A DNA stretch of 56,292 nucleotides, the filler included, from Sphacelaria rigidula (taxonomy: Eukaryota): the NCBI GenBank assembly GCA_964200075.2. It is 6 parts of 6 records of this genome, joined end to end, with 100 filler letters (N's around TTAATTAATTAA, not from the genome) between each part and the next. Parts side by side here need not be neighbours in the genome. Positions count along the whole stretch, not along the records: positions 46,996 to 56,292 come from CAXNAA020008812.1; 5 more parts are not named here. One strand, given 5' to 3'. The position numbers were made by a program, and so were the translations under genes. Shown here in pieces: positions 49,455 through 56,292 of the stretch; within the stretch, counting starts at the first letter, position 1; each line of letters begins with the position of its first letter. Under the pieces are notes generated by a model. It worked only from the letters and a program-made list of their open reading frames with translations, did not search any database and was not told the origin of the DNA.

Positions 49455-52400
49455 CGTTGGTGTGACGAGCCGTCGCGCAGGACACAGAGTCTTCCTTGAA
49501 AAAATAATACACCGCACTTAGCGGCGACGCTGGTGAATACCACGGTTGGTATACTCTCCAACTATCGCTGATATTCGAAGAAGGTCTCGGCACCATGATG
49601 ACCGGAGAAAAAACAGCACCAGTAGCACCAGAAGCCAATGCTTCTGAAGCGCACATGCAAGCTTACAATAGGGCGAGCAGCGAATACAATGAAGAGAACG
49701 ATAATGCTGAGGGCAAGACACGCGTTCCGGTACAGATAGTGCTTGCACATGCACCAGTAGGGCGCTCCATGCCGTGTGGAGACGGCCGTGCTGCAAAAGT
49801 AGCCTTAGACACCAAGTATCTCAAGGATGGTGAGTGCCGAATGAAGGAACTCCACAACGAGCTACCACAGCTAGTGAAGGATGGGTATGATCTCTGTCCG
49901 ACAATCAACACACTCCGCCGAATTTGTGCTGAACTTGACATGCTCGGAGAAAAATACTACTATCCTGTCCAACTTCGTGACACGTGCTCCGGCGAATCAA
50001 AGCCGAACCACGTGGCAAAGAAGTTGACACCGTCGTAAGCACAACCCACCCAGGCGCGAGAAGATTTCGTCGCCAAAATGCCGCGGCCGCCAGACTACTG
50101 ATGATACTGGCGGGCGACGCCGCGACGAAACTGGATCTGGGCGAGGAACACATGGAAGAGGACGTGGCCGTGGCGTCCATAGGCAAGGTCGATACAACTG
50201 GTGTCGCAATTCGTTTGAGCATGGAGGGAATGATTGCCCGCCTCGTCTCGAACACGAACGGGTTGACGCTCAGTCAGAGCAAGCTGCAGCAACCACCACG
50301 CAAAACTCGACAACCACCACGACCACAGAACATTCAAATACCTCGGTAATGAATACTGCCAGTAACGCCACCACAGCAGAAACAACTGTTAGTGCGTGGT
50401 GTACGTGTTTGATACGCGATAAAACGGCGAACAACCCGCTTGAAGAAGTGTATATTGACTGTCAGCAACCGTGCAGGTGGTCACTTAGCCATCGAAATTT
50501 GTCGATTCGGCGGTAAATCCGAAAGAGTGCAACGTTACAATCAGGGGGTCGTGCGGAACGGCGGTTGCCAACAAGCGGGGAACATTAGTGTTTTCATTGA
50601 ATAACCAGTATGGACAACTTGTTCGGATCTCTGTGGAGGTCGTGGTTGTACCCAATCTTGAGGCGAACGTGTTTCCGGTTGGTGCTTTACAGGAAAGAGG
50701 CGTGAAAGTTGACCTGGTTCCATCTCCACCAGCCTTGCATTCTGGACCTCACACCTTCCCTCTATCGACTGAAGTACCACGCCTCTTTGTATCTTAAACC
50801 TCAGTTACAAGCGCTTATTTATGACATCGCAGACTGGGCCAGTGCAAATCCCGAGCACCTCTGGGGCTGGCGAAGAATGGGTCAACAGGTGTGCGATTTA
50901 GTGACAATTTCAAGCTTGGAAAGTGCCACGTCTGCTCTGTAGGCAAGAGTAAGGGACGACCTCACCCTCCATTGGTTCGCCTCCGGGCGCAGGCGCGCTT
51001 GGCGATTGCTCATGCAAATTTATGGGTAAAGCACAGTGTGCCATCCCATGGTCGTTGCCAGTATGTTACTTTGTTCACGGACGATATGACAAGAATGCGC
51101 TGGGCCATTCCCATAAAGACAAAGGGTGGAAGCCGTCGATGCGCTCCGACTGTTAGTTCCGGAAGATGCGGATCCGGAGGGAATCTTCATTGGTACCATC
51201 AGCTGCGATGGTGGTGGCGAATTCCAATGGATGTTTGAAAACTTGGCCAAGTCTCTCAGAACAAAGATTGAAACCAATGCGCCTTACATTCCACAAGGTA
51301 ACACCGTTGCCGAGCGTAGCTATGGGACTATAATGGGACTTTAATCGGAATAGCTCGTTGCTTGATGTTGGGCGCCCCACACGTTCCACCGAACTCTGGC
51401 CTGAAGCAGTTAAGACCGCGGTTTACATTCGCAAAAGGACCACGACTGACGTACTTGAGGCAAGGCGCCTCTTGAATCGTGGATGAATAAGCCCTTGGGA
51501 GGACTCAAGCACATGCACGAATTCGGATCAATCGTCTTCAAACATATTGAAGAGCAAAACAGAAACGGCAAACCAGAACCTCGAGCTCAGAAAATGATCG
51601 TGGTGGGATACAATACGAAGAAGACATGTCGACTCTGGACGTCCAAAAGACCGCACGAAATATAGAATTCAGCCGAAGTGTCATTTCGGGAGACATCGTC
51701 AACCCCGACCCTGGGTACGATCCTTTCACGGAGGCAAACTCTGCGTCTGTGGAAAAAGAGGAAGAAGCGTATGACGCAAACTCCCGGGATGGAAGTGAGG
51801 AACCGCTGACTCGAGCATCCAACGACCCTCCACGGATTCGGACCAGTGACCGGCAGCGTGGGCTGCCTCCGGGTAAAGTCAGTGGTCACTTCGTACTGAT
51901 TTATACGTCTCCAACGAAGTCACTTTTGCGCGGATTGAATATGCCATGGTTACCGGGAGCTTCGACACTGTTGAATTGACGACTCCAGGTCAAGTTGGTC
52001 ACAAGTCTGATAATCCTAATACGTTTGATGAAGCCATGAAAGATAATGCTTCAGGGTGGAGTGCCAGTATGATGGACAAGCAGAAGTCCATGGAGGACCA
52101 CAACGTTTTCGACTGGGGAGACGTACCAACTGATACTAACGTCCAACTTCTCCCCATCTACATTTCTTTACCGCAGTAAGTAAATATAACAAGGATGGCA
52201 AGCTTAGTCGACCCGAGTCGAGAGAGGTGGTACAAGGACTCTTTGAAAAGGAGACTGGAGCGACCAAGACTGCACCTGAAGCCACTCAAGAATCTGTCCG
52301 GCTCGTGATCGCAAACGCACCAGTTGTTTTCAAAGATGATGGGCATGAAAACTGTGCATCTCCAGGCAAGAGTGAATGAGGACGATCCTCCCGTATTTGT

Positions 52401-52599
52401 CATACCACCCGTGAGATTCAAGTGTACTGGCGTGGCATCCAGTCAAAGCAAATATGGAAATTAATAGCTTGGCTGTATGGTCTCCGCCTCGCCTCTCGAG
52501 GTTGACATCAAACTATCGATTCATACATGAAAAGCAGAGGATCTTTAGTAAGCACAGCTGACTCATGTTTGTATAACGAGCAACGGGGAAGTCTTATTA

Positions 52600-52812
52600 G
52601 AGGTATCTCAAACTCGGTTCCCGGTTTCCTGGTTTATTCGCTGGCTCTGGGTTTTGTACTATTTTTTCAAGTGAAAGCCATGGCGATTCATAGGAGGACC
52701 TGACATGGCGATCAAAGGGTCTCATGATCTGATAAATAATTGCCATCACTTTCACTTGAAAAAAGAAGAAAAAAACAAACCAGGAAACCGGGAACCGAGT
52801 TCGAGATACCTC
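52600..52812. mobile_element. MITE nested in the copia RT
   Basis: TIR of about 36 bp GAGGTATCTCAAACTCGGTTCCCGGTTTCCTGGTTT / AAACCAGGAAACCGGGAACCGAGTTCGAGATACCTC; TATTA on both sides; splits ADSCLY from YVNY. Confidence 0.9.
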
Positions 52813-53850
52813 TATTACTGCGTTACGTGAATTATATCTTGATATCTGAGAAAAATAGTCAGGATCTTGGAGGAGTAATATCCTCCTAAAGGACAAGTTT
52901 GACACAGTTGATCTCGGTGACGCCACGTTTCTACTAGGAATCGGAATTGAGAGAGACTTGAACGTGTGTATCATCAAATTGTCACAGGAAGCTTTCGCCA
53001 ATAACTATGTTAGGTTCGTGTGTTATGGCGGATGCCCGCTCCGCTGAGACCCCTGCCGAAGTGGAACCCGTGTCGGTCGTAGAAGAACAGTCTCCAGAGG
53101 ACACGAGCTACTGAAGACCTGCAATAGAAGTTCTGCTTTATATCAGCCGGCGTACACGTCCCGATATCCCTCATGCGGTACTGATGTTGACAAGTATGGC
53201 CAAACCAGGGCCTATAGCGGTGGCCAACCTCGAACGAGCTTTACATTTTTTACGAGGAACCGCGTCACTCGGGATTACTTTTGCCGAATACTCAGACCAC
53301 GGTCACAAATTGGTTGCGTATGTGGAATCAGACCATGCCGGAGACATGGACGAAGGGCATTCGACGATGGAAGCCGTCGTATATTTTTCTGGAGCACCAC
53401 TTGATGGAAAACCCCAACTGCAAAACGTTATTGCGATATCTAGCATGGGAGCAGAGTATGTTACGCTCTCGAAAGTGTGTGCGATGATTTCACGCCTCAG
53501 GCACCTGTTGAAATAATGAGTCTTGGAGCAAGAAGAGGCTATTGTTATTTTTGAGGACAACACATGAGCCCCAAAACTGTGTCGTAATGAAATCGTTATT
53601 CTCTTTGTAGAACGAAACACGTTGACATCACGTTTCACCATGTCAGGTCCGTGGTGAAAGGAAACGTGGTAAATCCTGAGCACATTCAACAGACTTCCAG
53701 AAAGCCGACATTTTGGCCAGAAAGCTTGGAGCCGTGAAGTTTCTGACGAACAGGCTTACGCTGATCGGTGAGTGAGTTTGGTTTCTTAATTTTCAAAGTG
53801 TCATTAAAATCAGAGGACATGATGTTAAGTCTGTTCATCTCGAGAGGACA

Positions 53851-54519
53851 TGTCAAGATTGTAGCAATCTTGAGGAAGACTGCAGTAATGTACTGTAATC
53901 GATCGTTAACTACATCATGTGGAATCTGAGGATATGCGGAGGATTCATAAGTGTTACTGGCAAATGACCGGTCGCCCCGGTGGCTCAGTTGGTTACTTCG
54001 GAACCTTCTAACGGTTGGGTCGTGGGTTCAAATCTCGGAGCGATCTGAGATTTTTTTCTCACACAGTGCCTGACAGTGAGACTGTGTCGTGGGTACACAA
54101 ACTTCGACTTAACGGTCGACGAGGGAAAGGAATCGCTGAACACCTCTCGTGGTAAAACATAAAGGCAAGCACCGCATAAGGAAGGTGGAGTGCTAAGAAC
54201 AAACAAAACAACGAAAACTCCTGTGTAAACCTTCGTCCTGTGTGACCCCGGCTGGTGCGCCCACATATACCGAAAGGTGTAGACCGGCGTCCAGAATAGA
54301 TGGGACGATAACACAACACACACACGACGGCGTTTCTGTAACAGTAACCGTTGTTTTGATTTTAGTCACGGCAAATTGTCGGCTGTTCTAATTCACTCTG
54401 AAGTTTGATCTCCCTGCTGCGCAAGTGCCAACTACTGCCGTTGGATAAATTGAGCTGCCTTCGGTTATATTGCATGCTCCTCGAGTACAGCATTCCGCCA
54501 GGTTATGAGCCTCGTGTCA
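53851..54519 (+). repeat. 3' LTR interrupted by a SINE
   Basis: Preceded by purine tract GAGAGGACA; TGTCAAG...CCTCGTGTCA then the TSD. Confidence 0.88.
53962..54326 (+). mobile_element. Full-length tRNA-derived SINE (about 360 bp)
   Basis: A box TGGCTCAGTTGG (53981-53992), B box GGTTCAAATCT (54025-54035), (AC)-rich tail; absent from the 5' LTR at the matching site TTACTGGC|GT; 3' end repeated at 9401-9470. Confidence 0.88.
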
Positions 54520-54652
54520 GGAACAACGGAGATATACGCAAAACTCGCACACAACGACATACACACTCATGCACGCTTTCTCCCTCCCTCCTCCCCTCTG
54601 GTCACAAAACACAAACATCAAATATCATCCAAACACAAATGATACCACTTAC

Positions 54653-54881
54653 CCTGATGTGATCCATCTGAGTGGTGTCGGCGAAGCCTTCAGGGAACGT
54701 CTGATACAAGTCTCGGAGGTAGTTGAGGATGTTGGGATAGTCCACGATCCGCTTCTTATTGCACTTGAAGTATACGCTGTACACCTCATCGAAACGGATC
54801 AAGGAAGGGAACACCCGCACGTCGGACAACGACATCCTGTTGCCGGCAAGATAGCGCCTGGTCGCCAGCAGCTGCTCCAAC
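54653..54881 (-). CDS. Penultimate exon of glutathionyl-hydroquinone reductase (GST C-terminal domain)
   Basis: LEQLLATRRYLAGNRMSLSDVRVFPSLIRFDEVYSVYFKCNKKRIVDYPNILNYLRDLYQ...MDHIR; LIRFDxVYxxxFKCN is the Xi-class signature; AGG|GTAAGT donor, phase 0. Confidence 0.93.
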
Positions 54882-55266
54882 CTTTTTGTGGAGAATACAT
54901 TTGGTTGAGGAGAAACAGGCAGGCCGCCGCACACCCAGCGGACAGACAGACAGGCAGAAGGGGGTTTGCATTTCTCAGGACAAAAAAGTGGCTTTGGCTG
55001 GCTGTTGGAATGCGTGTAACATTCCTGGCATGTTCCTTCTCACTTGGGAAGCTCGCGGATATATTATTTCAGAGCTTTGCTTCGTATCTGCGCATGAGAG
55101 TTGCGTTTTTTTTAAACCGGCCGAACTTTTCACCGCGCCTTTCCCGTTACAACTCTAGGTACTCCTGTACGTGCTTTGGGTATTACTATCCGCGCTTGTA
55201 GGGTCCTGCATTTTCCCAGCCCCGCCCGAGAGAGAAAACACTGATATAGTACGACCGAAGTGGAAG

Positions 55267-55592
55267 TTTGTGGTGTTGCCAGATAAATCGCCTAGCTATC
55301 CACCTACCTAGCCATATATTCCGCTCGCGTGCGGTAGTCATTAGTGCACGTGCATGACATTATTCTTGCGTCTGGGGAGAAACGCCCGAGCCCTCCAAAC
55401 CCATGGTTGCGAACTTACTGTACTGCACGGTCTTATTTAGAAAATTAGTAGTGTAGAAACCCCTAAGCCCTCCAACCCCATGCTTGTGGACTTACTGAGC
55501 TGTATGGTCTTGTTTCAAAAACAATTAGTGTAGTTTGTGGTGTTGCCAGATAATGTCTCCTAGCTAGCTACATACCTAGCCATATATTCCGC
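55267..55592 (+). repeat. Nested direct duplications (X-Y-Y-X arrangement)
   Basis: GTTTGTGGTGTTGCCAGATAA...ACCTAGCCATATATTCCGC at about 55267 and 55533; AGCCCTCCAAMCCCATG...ACTTACTG...TAGTGTAG at about 55389 and 55467. Confidence 0.75.
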
Positions 55593-56292
55593 AGAGGGGG
55601 TTCTTGTCTGAAACGATTGCACACGTCACTGCAGCTTCCACATCACCGGGTCTCTTTCAAAAACAGGGTGATTGTTTATTGCGGAAAAACATTCCTGTGC
55701 TGCCGTGCTGCTGTTCCTTGTTCAACTGGCCAACGGCCCATTGCACGGTCTTGTGTTTACTGCTGACTAAGGCCAAGGCAATGTTCAATTGTTTTCAACT
55801 GCTTTGCTCTCATGTTCTTTTGAAATTGGAACCGGTGTGTTCGTGCTCCCAAATGGACGAGAACGCGACAAGGAGAAACACGGGGAAAAAATACCCCGGA
55901 AAAAGTGATTATGTTTCAAGTTTTTCATCATCTTCCACAGGCTTTTGTGTTTCGGGATCGACACCCCGCGAAAAAGGGCCAGGTTAGGCGACTTTCGGTG
56001 GCCAGACACGCGCCACAGGTATCAGATGACACCCAAACCTGAACGGCAATGTACTGCTGAGTCTTTCTAGTGCACTGCAAAAGAAAGCGCGGGAAACAAT
56101 GCCATGCCGTCAGAAAAAAACTCGGCAAAAGTCGTGAAAAATGTAAAATGACACATAAACATATATATTTATCCATAGTGCCGAAAGTTGATGAACGCAG
56201 GGCCCGTGTAGGTTTGAGATTCCGTGTGGCAAAGCAATAGAGAGCAGGAGTCATATAGTGGCAGAATGTGAGCTATACAAGGAGGAACGGGA

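Larger units (their letters stand above)
49167..54519 (+). mobile_element. Full-length decayed Ty1/copia LTR retrotransposon, antisense in the GST intron
   Basis: TG...CA ends with 5-bp TSD GGAAC (49162-49166 and 54520-54524); gag-like ORF 49595-50038; integrase CHVC, FTDDMTR, CDGGGEF, PQGNTVAER; RT PNTFDEAM and YVNY for YVDD; RNase H YVESDHAGD...SMGAEY; domain order IN-RT-RH; many stops and frameshifts. Confidence 0.93.

Noticed and set aside
53972-54045. Functional tRNA gene (the loop could be read as a TCT or CTA anticodon)
   Set aside because: The acceptor stem does not close, and it heads a 360-bp insertion with a repeated tail that is absent from the sister LTR, so it is a SINE
1-56292. 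Endogenous virus, Fanzor/TnpB, or bacterial defence-type system
   Set aside because: No long intronless ORFs or recognisable RuvC, capsid, polymerase or operon-like features in any contig

Overview
This is eukaryotic, intron-rich and repeat-rich DNA. Splice-site style, intron lengths and transposon repertoire suggest a brown alga or related stramenopile (inference). It is not one locus: six contigs in descending size order (1-9300, 9401-18700, 18801-28099, 28200-37497, 37598-46895, 46996-56292) are joined by artificial N44-TTAATTAATTAA-N44 linkers. Four partial spliced genes can be rebuilt from phase-compatible GT-AG exons: an EF-hand protein with a polyQ tract (+, contig 1), an ankyrin-repeat protein (-, contig 4), a probable USP9X/24/34-type deubiquitinase segment with a ubiquitin-like domain and an EF-hand-like region (+, contig 5), and a Xi-class GST / glutathionyl-hydroquinone reductase (-, contig 6). 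The last intron of the GST holds a full-length decayed Ty1/copia element (TSD GGAAC, half-tRNA-iMet-type PBS) with a MITE and a tRNA-derived SINE nested inside it. The rest is MITEs and foldbacks, copia and gypsy fragments, and minisatellites. The most unusual signal is a dispersed family of eight copies, mostly with a shared 3' end (...ATGACTATGGCATGCATGATCATGAGTAC), ragged 5' ends, no poly(A), and C-rich target-site duplications. It looks like a non-LTR retroposon that targets oligo(C)/oligo(G) tracts. No CRISPR array, rRNA, intact tRNA or recognisable viral or prokaryotic system was seen. All alignments were done by eye.
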